Below are positions 17,801 through 25,590 of a stretch of DNA of 40,214 nt, piece after piece (the first letter of the stretch is position 1; each line of letters starts with the position of its first letter). The DNA is taken from assembly GCA_002333205.1 (NCBI GenBank), contig DDAD01000162.1, positions 72,605 through 112,818 on the forward strand, written 5' to 3'. Below the pieces are notes generated by a model, which saw only the letters and a list, made by a program, of their open reading frames with translations, made no database searches and was not told where the DNA came from. Origin of the DNA: Pedobacter sp. UBA2067 (lineage in GTDB: Bacteria > Bacteroidota > Bacteroidia > Sphingobacteriales > Sphingobacteriaceae). Position numbers and translations under genes: made by a program.

Positions 17801-18405
17801 GCCTGGAGAACCTGCCAATCATCATTTTTACCGGTAAAAACCTGTCAAAAGGTGAAGAGGCGCGCATTAAACAATATGCGGACTCTATCGTGGTTAAAAC
17901 CGCGCACTCTTACCAGCGAATCCTGGATGAAGCAGGGCTGTTCCTGCATCTGGTAGAAGAGCAGGCTGCAGGCAATAAGCCGGGCAAAGCATTGCCAGAA
18001 CGTTTCGGCGGCTTGTACGAGGTGTTGAACAACAAGACGGTACTTATTGCTGACGATGACGTGCGTAACATCTTCTCGCTAACCAAAGCATTGGAGCAGC
18101 ATAAGATGAAGGTGCTCGCAGCAACCGACGGAAAAGAAGCCCTACAGGTGCTTAAAGAAAACCCGCTGATTGATATTGTGCTGATGGACATGATGATGCC
18201 GGAAATGGACGGATATGAGACTACAAAGCAGATCCGTAAGATCCCTGCATACAAACAATTGCCAATCTTAGCTGTTACAGCCAAAGCGATGATGGGAGAC
18301 CGGGAGAAATGCATCGCTGCCGGCGCTTCGGATTATATCTCGAAGCCAGTTGATGTGGACCAGCTAACCTCATTGCTGAGGGTCTGGTTGTATGACAAAG
18401 TTTAA
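14818..18405 (+). CDS. Large hybrid sensor histidine kinase: TM-CHASE3-TM-HAMP-GAF-coiled coil-HisKA-HATPase_c-REC-REC-REC
   Basis: 1195 aa. CHASE3 signature DAETGQRGYLLTGEGVFLEP. TM2 TPILIIIAALISIFITIYFY. HAMP around aa 225-275. GAF (LVGQVADSGKLMVLNDIP). E/Q-rich coil around aa 436-523. H-box FLANMSHELRTPLNSI. G-boxes DTGIGIP / GGTGLGLSISREL. Three receivers: IIEDD..LLDIQLP..INKP; IVEEN..ILDMGVP..VVKT; IADDD..LMDMMMP..ISKP. Confidence 0.9.
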   Translation: MQKSLKNNLQVGLGLSLLILFITSLASFISIRNLVKSSELVAHSNEVIFKTNQIISHLKDAETGQRGYLLTGEGVFLEPTNGAKAKALDLINEVAAETKDNPFQQKNLEKLHGIVDRRLDMIMRLIEVRTKGGDISVNALLEGKDLMDEARSIIKMMQAEENRILKSRTEELNKFAGYTPILIIIAALISIFITIYFYRKVYKDYYAKMELQRALEEKNKEIDYRIGVIRDLAGQISSGNYDIRLDDQQTDGLGSLTGHLNAMAESLKKSFTLLEEKEWQQAGIATLNDKMVGEKTVAQLTSDVLENIVEHTDSQVAAFYLFEHKELHLVSSFALEGGHAKAKVNIGEGLVGQVADSGKLMVLNDIPQDELTISYTSGATAARHVVAVPVYRDRVLIGVMEFGSLRAYSPQHLDFLKNVSHNIGIAIHVSQNRKKLQEFLEETQAQAEELQAQHSELEGLNAELEAQSQKIQTSEEELRVQQEELLQSNQELEERTSLLEEKNQMIQERHRDIQLKAEQLEQSTKYKSEFLANMSHELRTPLNSILLLSKLMSENNDLDKEYIEYAEVIQSSGQGLLGLIDEILDLSKIEAGKMKLEFADVSIGEVATDMRSLFNPLAKNKQLDLLVELDKDVKTLNTDKMRLEQVLKNLLSNAIKFTTQGEVRLSISKDESGRNILFKVTDTGIGIPENKQSLIFEAFQQADGSTRRKYGGTGLGLSISRELAKLLGGEIELTSKENIGSEFTLSLPIDRTAEAEEPSFAEPVVIRQVYPEKVAEAVPERYTVLNIPKDVEDDREDIKQGDKVILIIEDDTNFAKTLLNFTRKRDYKGIVAVRGDVGIELANHYKPLAILLDIQLPVKDGWQVMEELKSNPATRPIPVHIMSSMEVKKESLLRGAIDFINKPVALEHMSQIFQKLEHALSRHPKKVLIVEENRQHAEALNYFLSNYNIQTQVANNVTESIGALSKQEVDCVILDMGVPDTNAYDTLETIKKTRGLENLPIIIFTGKNLSKGEEARIKQYADSIVVKTAHSYQRILDEAGLFLHLVEEQAAGNKPGKALPERFGGLYEVLNNKTVLIADDDVRNIFSLTKALEQHKMKVLAATDGKEALQVLKENPLIDIVLMDMMMPEMDGYETTKQIRKIPAYKQLPILAVTAKAMMGDREKCIAAGASDYISKPVDVDQLTSLLRVWLYDKV

Positions 18406-18788
18406 TGAACGCTTTCAATATGGCGAAGGACAAGATTTTAATCGTAGATGATGATAACAGGAACATTTTTGCGCTTTCAGCTGTGCTGAAGGCAAGAAAA
18501 TATCGCTGCATTTCTGCTACCAGCGGAGAGGAGGGATTAGCCTTGTTAAAACAAGATAAAGAGATTGGCATTGTGTTGATGGATATGATGATGCCAGGTA
18601 TGGATGGCTATCAGGCTATCGCCGAGATGAATGCTGATGAAGAACTTAAAGCGGTACCGGTAATTGCAGTTACCGCACAGGCAATGCTCGGCGATCGCGA
18701 GCGCTGCCTGGAAGCGGGTGCTACGGGCTATGTATCAAAACCCATCAATGTTGATACCCTCACCGCATTAATTACTAAATACATCTAA
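18405..18788 (+). CDS. Single-domain (CheY-like) response regulator
   Basis: 127 aa: ILIVDDDNRN ... VLMDMMMPGMDG ... AVTAQA ... YVSKP. Its start overlaps the upstream stop (TAATG). Confidence 0.9.
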   Translation: MNAFNMAKDKILIVDDDNRNIFALSAVLKARKYRCISATSGEEGLALLKQDKEIGIVLMDMMMPGMDGYQAIAEMNADEELKAVPVIAVTAQAMLGDRERCLEAGATGYVSKPINVDTLTALITKYI

Positions 18789-18789
18789 T

Positions 18790-19611
18790 TTGGAAGGTAC
18801 TGTAATTACAGAAGATCAGATAGACTTGCTGCTCGCAGATCTGCTGGAGCGTTATGGTTACGACTTTACAGGCTATTCAAGAGCCTCGCTGAAGCGTCGT
18901 ATCCATAGACTGTACAGCATTGACAAGGCCTTGAGTTTTGCCGAGTTCAGATTTAAAATTGCAAATGATTCCTTGTACTTCAAGCGCTTTGTAGAGCAGA
19001 TCACTGTAAACGTGACCGAAATGTTCCGCGACCCAGCATTCTTCAAAACCTTAAGGAATGAGGTGCTGCCCAAACTTGGAACCTATCCTTTGATCCGCAT
19101 CTGGATCGCTGGTTGTTCTACCGGGGAAGAGGCTTATTCGATTTGTATTCTCTTGCAGGAGCTAAACCTGCTGCATAAATCGCTGGTATATGCCACCGAC
19201 CTTAATCCTGCCGTGCTTGAAAAAGCAGCGCAAGGCATGTTCGGGCTCAGCCAGATGAAACAGTACTCTGAAAATTACATCCTTTCAGGTGGTAGCAAGG
19301 ACTTTTCCAGCTACTACACGGCGAAGTACTCGCTCGCAAAGTTCAATGACGACCTGAGACGTAAGATCATCTTCTCCACCCACAACCTGGTTTCAGACCG
19401 ATCTTTTAATGAATTTCAACTAATCATGTGCCGCAACGTGCTGATCTATTTTGATCGTGATCTGCAGCATAAAGTCATCAGTCTGTTCGATGACAGTCTT
19501 GAGGAGCTTGGATATCTGGCCCTGGGCAGTAAAGAGACTTTGGAGTTTTCTAATGTATCAAAACGGTACCGCAGACTACCCAATGAAAAGATATGGAGGA
19601 AGATGAGTTGA
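18790..19611 (+). CDS. cheR: CheR-type protein-glutamate O-methyltransferase
   Basis: 273 aa. N-terminal helical domain (YGYDFTGYSRASLKRRI), TEMFRDP motif and SAM-binding IWIAGCSTGEEAYSI. Apparent TTG start 1 nt after the upstream stop. Confidence 0.85.
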   Translation: MEGTVITEDQIDLLLADLLERYGYDFTGYSRASLKRRIHRLYSIDKALSFAEFRFKIANDSLYFKRFVEQITVNVTEMFRDPAFFKTLRNEVLPKLGTYPLIRIWIAGCSTGEEAYSICILLQELNLLHKSLVYATDLNPAVLEKAAQGMFGLSQMKQYSENYILSGGSKDFSSYYTAKYSLAKFNDDLRRKIIFSTHNLVSDRSFNEFQLIMCRNVLIYFDRDLQHKVISLFDDSLEELGYLALGSKETLEFSNVSKRYRRLPNEKIWRKMS

Positions 19612-20174
19612 TGAAAGTCTGTGAGGCGCTGGTGATTGGTGGCTCTGCGGGGAGCCTGGATGTGCTGCTTAAGGTTCTGCCGGATTTAAGGTCCGATATG
19701 TCCTTTCCCATTATCATCGTGATCCATCGTAAACATGGTGCTGACTCACTGCTGCCAGAACTGCTGAAAGGCCGAACTACCCTGAACGTTAAAGAGGTAG
19801 AGGAAAAAGAGAAGATACTCGCTGGTACAATCTACGTTGCACCGTCCGACTACCATTTACTGATTGAGCAGGACCTGACCTTCTCCTTAGATTCATCAGA
19901 GAAGGTGAATTATTCCAGACCATCTATCGATGTGACCTTTCAGTCTGCTGCCGAAGTATATCAGGAAAAACTTGTATGTATGCTGCTCTCCGGCTCCAAC
20001 GCCGATGGCGTAAATGGATTAAAAGCCGTAAAGTCTTATCGTGGCAGGGCGATCATACAGAACCCTGCAGATGCTCAGGTGCCTTATATGCCTGCGCAAG
20101 CCGCACAAAATGTAATAATTGATGCGTCATTAAACATTGAAGATACCGCAGAATTTATAAATTTGTTATCTTAG
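19593..20174 (+). CDS. cheB: CheB-type protein-glutamate methylesterase/deamidase, catalytic domain only (no receiver)
   Basis: 193 aa. ALVIGGSAGSLD (catalytic Ser region), IIIVIHR (His) and LLSGSNADGVNG (Asp) match the CheB Ser-His-Asp layout. The start is either the ATG at 19593 or the ATG at 19611 (TGATG overlap with the cheR stop). Confidence 0.85.
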   Translation: MEEDELMKVCEALVIGGSAGSLDVLLKVLPDLRSDMSFPIIIVIHRKHGADSLLPELLKGRTTLNVKEVEEKEKILAGTIYVAPSDYHLLIEQDLTFSLDSSEKVNYSRPSIDVTFQSAAEVYQEKLVCMLLSGSNADGVNGLKAVKSYRGRAIIQNPADAQVPYMPAQAAQNVIIDASLNIEDTAEFINLLS

Positions 20175-20189
20175 ATTAAATTAACATAC

Positions 20190-20552
20190 ATGAGCAAGGC
20201 AAAAAAAGTGTTCGTATTTGACGATAACGTTGACATCCTCGATCTATGCACAATCATTCTTGAAGATGCTGGTTATGAGATAAAAACCTCGTCTACATCA
20301 AATAATATTATTGAACAGGTTTCTTCTTACGTGCCCGACATTATATTCATGGATAACTGGCTGCCAGATGTTGGCGGCATAGACGCTACAAAGGAATTGA
20401 AAGCCCACAAGGAGCTTTCCCATATTCCTGTAATCTATTTCTCTGCGAATAATGACGTAAAATCTTTGGCTGAGCAGGCCGGTGCGGATGATTACCTATC
20501 TAAACCTTTTGATATTGAAGAATTGGAGAAGATTATAAGTAAATACTTATAA
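20190..20552 (+). CDS. Single-domain response regulator
   Basis: 120 aa: VFVFDDNVDI ... IFMDNWLPDVGG ... IYFSAN ... YLSKPF. Last gene of the operon. Confidence 0.85.
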   Translation: MSKAKKVFVFDDNVDILDLCTIILEDAGYEIKTSSTSNNIIEQVSSYVPDIIFMDNWLPDVGGIDATKELKAHKELSHIPVIYFSANNDVKSLAEQAGADDYLSKPFDIEELEKIISKYL

Positions 20553-22226
20553 TCCCCCCAATACGTCTACACCTTGTTGAAATACGATATCTACCGGAAT
20601 TCCTTTCTTATTTAAGTTCTCTAAGTCTTGCTTAAGCTCGCTGCCAATAACTGCATTTTCAGTCTGCGCTTTTGCAACCGCTGCCCTGTCTCCATCACCT
20701 TGCAAGGTTAAGATCAATTTACTCAGCGCATTCATTGCCTGTTCAAACTTCACATAGTCAACTTTGTACGTTCCATTTGCAGTTCTGGTGAAAGCACCTT
20801 GCTGCTTGAAGAAGTTAAAGCACTGCATGTTTGCCTGGCCATGTGCACTGGCTGCGCCGAAACGTACCGAGCGTAACAAGCCCGCCATATAGGTGGTGTA
20901 GTAGGCCTTAAGATCGCCTTGCAGCTCACCTGCTTTAAGCATGTTGGTTACCATGTAAAGACCAAGGACATCTGCCTTACCTTCTTCCAACCAGGAATAT
21001 TGTTCTTTTAAAGCATCTTTAACCAGGCCCTTACCGTTTACAGTCTTTTTGATACCCAAACCATGTGCAACTTCATGGAACATGACGTTTGCAAAAAAAG
21101 CATCGAAGTTGATGTACTGCTGCTGTTCTTTATCGATCAGTTCATTCGCAATTGGAACCAGAATCTTGTCGAACTTGGCCTGCATTGCATTCTTCAGCTG
21201 AGATCTTCTGGTGCCTTTCTTCTGCTGGATCATGGCATCATTCGGCAGGTTTACCGCGATGGTCTTAGAGCCCGCATTACAGTCCCCGGCATAGAATACC
21301 ACATCATAGGCATTTAGCTCAGAATCTACACCCGGTTTCTCCTGTTTGTATTTGGCAGGCACTGGAAGCCCCTTTTGCAGCCCAGGAAGCAGGCTCACAT
21401 ATTTTGTCAGTCGTTTACTCCATTCCTTATCTTTAACAAGCACATAAGCTTCGTATGACGCTCTTGCATTGAAGAGATTATCTTCATAGTTCTCAATCGG
21501 ACCGATGATGATATCCAGTCCATTGGTTTTCATGTCCATCCAGGCTAAGTCGCTGGCGGTATAATTATCAGATGTAAGCGCATCAGCACGAAGATTCAGG
21601 TACTTCTGCAATCCTTCGTCTTCTGCAATCAATGCGGCCTGTTTAAGCAGGCTCGAAGCACGCTGTAACTGTGTAGCGAAAAGTTCATGATAAGGAACGG
21701 TCATCAGCTTACCTGTAGAGTCTCTTCTAACAACACTATACTGGCCGAATTTGTCTTTCAAATCAGACTGTTCAAGCTCTTCCTTGGTCATGTCTGCCGG
21801 GTAGAATGTAGCACCCGCTGGTTTAACACCGATGCCGGCGATGAAAGGTTTATTGTTGTTCAGCCTATCCCATGGACCGTAGTTAATGCGGATGAATTCC
21901 TTAGCGCGGTCGTCTTTAACGGCATTTAACAAGCTGTCTCTTTGTGGGTATGCCTGCAACCAGAAAAGCTCGTCCATAATTTGGGCAGCCTGGATCAGCA
22001 ATGGCAACATCTTGCGCTCTGCTGTGCTCAGTTGGTTGAGGTTCGTTGTCAGTTTAACCGTTTCATAGGTTTTTATTCTGGCATTTACATATTCCTGTAA
22101 GCTGTCTGGCAACACCACTGTATTTGTCTTTTTTTCTGTATTGCTAGCTGTGTTGGTGCAGGAATGCAGGCTTGCCGCCAGGGCGCAGCCAGTTAGAAAC
22201 AACGTTGTTTTATTAATCAATTTCAT
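20547..22226 (-). CDS. Lipoprotein zinc metallopeptidase, DPP III (M49)-like with a pentapeptide HEXXH site
   Basis: 559 aa. Lipoprotein-type signal (LTGCALAASLHSC). FHEVAHGLG (nt 21063-21077) and, about 30 aa later, EEGKAD (nt 20970-20987), which fits the second M49 motif EEXR(K)AE(D). Family assignment is from motifs only. Confidence 0.65.
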   Translation of the reverse strand: MKLINKTTLFLTGCALAASLHSCTNTASNTEKKTNTVVLPDSLQEYVNARIKTYETVKLTTNLNQLSTAERKMLPLLIQAAQIMDELFWLQAYPQRDSLLNAVKDDRAKEFIRINYGPWDRLNNNKPFIAGIGVKPAGATFYPADMTKEELEQSDLKDKFGQYSVVRRDSTGKLMTVPYHELFATQLQRASSLLKQAALIAEDEGLQKYLNLRADALTSDNYTASDLAWMDMKTNGLDIIIGPIENYEDNLFNARASYEAYVLVKDKEWSKRLTKYVSLLPGLQKGLPVPAKYKQEKPGVDSELNAYDVVFYAGDCNAGSKTIAVNLPNDAMIQQKKGTRRSQLKNAMQAKFDKILVPIANELIDKEQQQYINFDAFFANVMFHEVAHGLGIKKTVNGKGLVKDALKEQYSWLEEGKADVLGLYMVTNMLKAGELQGDLKAYYTTYMAGLLRSVRFGAASAHGQANMQCFNFFKQQGAFTRTANGTYKVDYVKFEQAMNALSKLILTLQGDGDRAAVAKAQTENAVIGSELKQDLENLNKKGIPVDIVFQQGVDVLGGL

Positions 22227-22348
22227 TCAATATAAATTTCAAACGATTAGAGGGTCAAAACTACTAAATAATAGGCTTCTGTAAAGAATCCCGTTCCGGA
22301 TGACTGCGTTGGTTAATTAATCTTAATTTTACGCTTTTCAAATGCAAC

Positions 22349-23173
22349 ATGATCAAACCTTACAAATTCCTTTACTTAATATTCCTGGCACTCGGTTTTT
22401 CCGCATGTTCAAGCAATAAATACGCCGCAACGAATAAGATCTATAAACAGCAGGCAGAAAATTTTGCCAATAACATCAAAGCTTTGCCACCACAGGGGCA
22501 GTTTATAGATTCTCTTCGGCCGGAGGTACAGTCCTTTATCGGATCGGTAAACTTCGGCATACGGAGGCCCAATTTCGTGGTAATACACCATACTGCGCAG
22601 AATTCGCTTGATCAAACCATTAAAACTTTTACCCTGGCCAGAACTGGTGTAAGTGCGCACTATGTGGTAAGCCGTGATGGTAAAGTGGGACAAATGGTGA
22701 ACGATTATTTGCGTTCGCAGCATGCTGGCCTGGGCAAATGGGGAAATGACACCGATTTGAACTCCTCCTCCATCGGGATAGAGTTGGATAACAATGGCTC
22801 AGAAGCTTATGCTGAAGCGCAGATCAACAGCCTTCTGGGCTTGTTGGCCACGCTGAAAAAGAAATACAACATTCCAACAGCAAACTTTATCGGACATGCG
22901 GATCTGGCACCAAAGCGTAAGCCCGACCCGAACAACTTCCCATGGAAAACGCTTGCCGATCGCGGTTTTGGCCTTTGGTACGATCAGGTGTTGAAGATGC
23001 CAGCACCGGAGTTTGATCCAGTTATCGCGCTAAGAATCATTGGTTACGACATCAGCAACGTTGGTGCTGCGGTAACCGCTTTTAAAAGACATTTTCTGCC
23101 CACAGAAACAGGACCAACAATTACACCAGGCGTTAAGCTGGTGTTGTACAACTTGTATCCGAAATATCTATAG
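22349..23173 (+). CDS. N-acetylmuramoyl-L-alanine amidase (Amidase_2/AmpD-like) lipoprotein
   Basis: 274 aa. Lipobox LALGFSAC. Amidase_2 features FVVIHHTAQ, VSAHYVV, SIGIELDN and IGHADLAPKRKPDP. Confidence 0.85.
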   Translation: MIKPYKFLYLIFLALGFSACSSNKYAATNKIYKQQAENFANNIKALPPQGQFIDSLRPEVQSFIGSVNFGIRRPNFVVIHHTAQNSLDQTIKTFTLARTGVSAHYVVSRDGKVGQMVNDYLRSQHAGLGKWGNDTDLNSSSIGIELDNNGSEAYAEAQINSLLGLLATLKKKYNIPTANFIGHADLAPKRKPDPNNFPWKTLADRGFGLWYDQVLKMPAPEFDPVIALRIIGYDISNVGAAVTAFKRHFLPTETGPTITPGVKLVLYNLYPKYL

Positions 23174-23208
23174 CAAAGGAAGCAGCCTGCGGCGGAGCAG
23201 CTTTGGGT

Positions 23209-23266
23209 CAAACGCACAGGAGACGCACACCGAACGCACACCAAACGCACACCGCACCCACAAACC
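23209..23266. repeat. Degenerate 11-bp tandem repeat array (core ACGCACAC)
   Basis: aacgcacagg / agacgcacacc / gaacgcacacc / aaacgcacacc / gcacccacaaacc: four clear units plus a decayed fifth. Intergenic, between the amidase stop and the glnS terminator. Confidence 0.6.
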
Positions 23267-23363
23267 TGTGTGTTTGCTCTGAGTTTGATGTGGGGCTGGT
23301 CTGGGTATGTTCCAGACCTATTGCTTTGCAGCAGGCATCCTGAACTGAACTAACCTTTGGACA

Positions 23364-23408
23364 TAAAAAAAGAGGATGCCCCATCTACTGGAACATCCTC
23401 TTTTTTTA
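23364..23408. terminator. Bidirectional intrinsic terminator (serves glnS on the minus strand)
   Basis: AGAGGATG (23371-23378) / CATCCTCT (23394-23401), with an A7 run before and a T7 run after. It lies 20 nt beyond the glnS stop. Confidence 0.7.
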
Positions 23409-23428
23409 TGATTAATGAACTGAAAGTC

Positions 23429-25090
23429 TTATTTCTTTGCTTTCGCCCAGGCGTCTTTCAAGCCTACGGTCTGGTTAAATACCAGCTTTTCTGCAGTAGA
23501 ATCTTTATCCAGGGTATAATATCCCTTACGAATAAACTGATATCTGGTATCTGCGGTAGCACTCGCCAAATAAGGCTCTATGTATGCGTTATTGATAACT
23601 TTGATGCTGTCTGGATTTAGATAATCTTTAAAATCACCTTCTTCACTATCCGGAGATTCTACGCTGAAAAGGCGATCGTAGATTCTGATCTCTGCTGTTT
23701 GAGCGTGCTGTGCACTTACCCAGTGGATGGTACCTTTTACGTTGATACCGCTGGTATCTTCGCCGCTTTTTGACTCTGGAATGTAGGTACAGTGAATTTC
23801 GGTCACGTTTCCATTTTCATCTTTCACAAAGCTGTCGCATTTCACGATGTAAGCGAACTTTAGGCGAACCATTGCACCAGGTGCTAAACGGAACCATTTC
23901 TTAGCTGGCTCTTCCATAAAGTCTTCGCGTTCGATAAACAGCTCTTTGCTGAAAGGAATTTCACGCGTTCCGCCTTTATCTTCCGCTTCTGGGTTGTTCT
24001 CACCGATAAGTACTTCGCCGTCGCCTTCAGGATAGTTGGTAATGACCATTTTAATTGGATCAAGCACCGCCATTACGCGATTAGCAGTTTTATTCAAGTG
24101 CTCGCGAACGCAGAATTCCAGTAAGCTAAGCTCAATCAGATTTTCTCTTTTCGCAATACCGATACGCTCGCAGAACTCACGGATACTTTCCGGCGTGTAA
24201 CCACGTCTTCTTAAGCCGCTAATGGTTGGCATTCTTGGATCGTCCCATCCGCTTACCACGCCTTCATTAACCAATTGCAGCAGTTTACGCTTGCTCATAA
24301 CCGTATAGGTCAGGTTTAAACGTGCAAACTCGTATTGATGCGAAGGAAAGATGTTCAGTTTCTCAATGAACCAGTCGTACAATTCACGGTGTGAAACGTA
24401 CTCCAGTGTACAAAGCGAGTGGGTAATGGATTCGATGCTATCGCTCTGACCATGGGCAAAGTCGTACATTGGATAAATGCACCAGGTGTTGCCGGTTCTG
24501 TGGTGTTCAGCATGTTTAATGCGATAAATAATTGGATCGCGCATCAGCATGTTCGGGCTGGCCATGTCGATCTTTGCACGTAGGGTACAGGCACCGTCAG
24601 GAAACTCGCCCTTTCTCATGCGGTTAAAAAGATCCAGGTTTTCTTCCACAGAACGGGAGCGGTAAGGGCTGTCCTTTCCGGGCTCTGTAGGTGTACCTTT
24701 TGCCTGCGCAATCTCTTCCGCAGTGCTGTGGTCTACGTATGCCAGACCAGCCTCAATCAGCTTAACCGCAAATTGGAAAAGCTGCTCGAAGTAATCTGAA
24801 GTATATAATTCATTTTTCCATTCAAAACCAAGCCATTTAATATCAGCCTGCTGGCTGTCTACATACTCAGTTTTTTCAGTTACTGGATTGGTATCGTCAA
24901 AACGAAGGTTGGTATAACCGCCATATTTCTTGGTAAGTCCGAAGTTCAAGCAAATTGCTTTGGCGTGTCCTATATGTAAATACCCATTTGGCTCCGGAGG
25001 GAAACGGGTGATCAGGGTCTCGTATTTTCCGCTTTGTAAATCGTTTTCAATGATTTCCTCAATAAAATTCAATGATCTTTCTTCACTCAT
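23429..25090 (-). CDS. glnS: Glutamine--tRNA ligase
   Basis: 553 aa. HIGH region [22 protein letters not shown] equivalent VMSKRKL, and GlnRS-typical C-terminal beta-barrel domains. Confidence 0.95.
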   Translation of the reverse strand: MSEERSLNFIEEIIENDLQSGKYETLITRFPPEPNGYLHIGHAKAICLNFGLTKKYGGYTNLRFDDTNPVTEKTEYVDSQQADIKWLGFEWKNELYTSDYFEQLFQFAVKLIEAGLAYVDHSTAEEIAQAKGTPTEPGKDSPYRSRSVEENLDLFNRMRKGEFPDGACTLRAKIDMASPNMLMRDPIIYRIKHAEHHRTGNTWCIYPMYDFAHGQSDSIESITHSLCTLEYVSHRELYDWFIEKLNIFPSHQYEFARLNLTYTVMSKRKLLQLVNEGVVSGWDDPRMPTISGLRRRGYTPESIREFCERIGIAKRENLIELSLLEFCVREHLNKTANRVMAVLDPIKMVITNYPEGDGEVLIGENNPEAEDKGGTREIPFSKELFIEREDFMEEPAKKWFRLAPGAMVRLKFAYIVKCDSFVKDENGNVTEIHCTYIPESKSGEDTSGINVKGTIHWVSAQHAQTAEIRIYDRLFSVESPDSEEGDFKDYLNPDSIKVINNAYIEPYLASATADTRYQFIRKGYYTLDKDSTAEKLVFNQTVGLKDAWAKAKK

Positions 25091-25110
25091 AAAAACTGTT
25101 AATTTTTCTC

Positions 25111-25118
25111 CAAAGTTA
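25111..25118 (-). promoter_or_regulatory. Candidate -7 promoter box for glnS
   Basis: Minus-strand TAACTTTG is an exact TAnnTTTG match, 20 nt upstream of the ATG at 25090. Confidence 0.4.
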
Positions 25119-25169
25119 ATATAAAACCGCTAATTTACTTACTTTTACCATCCGCTATCTTAACTATTT

Positions 25170-25589
25170 ATGAGTAAAACCTTGAACAGGCCAATCCGTG
25201 TTTTAGTGGCAAAAGTGGGTCTGGACGGCCACGATCGTGGTGCAAAAGTAATCGCGACTTCACTACGGGATGCCGGCATGGAGGTCATCTACACCGGCTT
25301 AAGACAAACCCCTGAAATGGTTGTAAATGCTGCACTGCAGGAAGACGTTGACGCCATTGGGATTTCCATCCTTTCGGGTGCACATATGACGGTCTTCCCT
25401 AAAATCATGGATATCATGAAACAAAAAGGGTTGGAAAATGTACTGGTAACAGGCGGTGGAATTATCCCCGAGGCCGATATGCAGAAGCTTAAGCACATTG
25501 GGGTAGGCGAACTTTTTGCGCCGGGAACCTCTATGCAGGCCATTACCGATTATATTACCAACTGGGTTACTGAAAATCGAAACTTCTAA
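25170..25589 (+). CDS. Stand-alone cobalamin (B12)-binding domain protein (acyl-CoA mutase small-subunit type)
   Basis: 139 aa. DxHxxG base-off/His-on motif in [11 protein letters not shown], and a Rossmann-like layout ([22 protein letters not shown]). Confidence 0.85.
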   Translation: MSKTLNRPIRVLVAKVGLDGHDRGAKVIATSLRDAGMEVIYTGLRQTPEMVVNAALQEDVDAIGISILSGAHMTVFPKIMDIMKQKGLENVLVTGGGIIPEADMQKLKHIGVGELFAPGTSMQAITDYITNWVTENRNF

Positions 25590-25590
25590 C

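Noticed and set aside
17593-17940. The second receiver of the large hybrid kinase as a possible pseudo-receiver (EEN instead of the usual DD acidic pair).
   Set aside because: The phospho-acceptor Asp (ILDMGVP), the Thr (IIFTG) and the Lys (VVKT) positions are all present. Glu can substitute in the acidic pocket. There is not enough evidence to call it degenerate.
22386-22402. TGGCAC-tcggt-TTTTC, a possible sigma-54 -24/-12 element.
   Set aside because: It lies inside the signal-peptide coding part of the amidase gene, and the -12 element is TTTTC rather than TTGC. It looks like a chance match.
23044-23620. ORFs 23044..23250 (-) and 23357..23620 (+) in or around the amidase-glnS spacer.
   Set aside because: The first is a translation of the CGCACAC repeat array plus the antisense of the amidase 3' end. 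The second spans the glnS terminator and runs antisense to glnS. Neither has protein-like composition.
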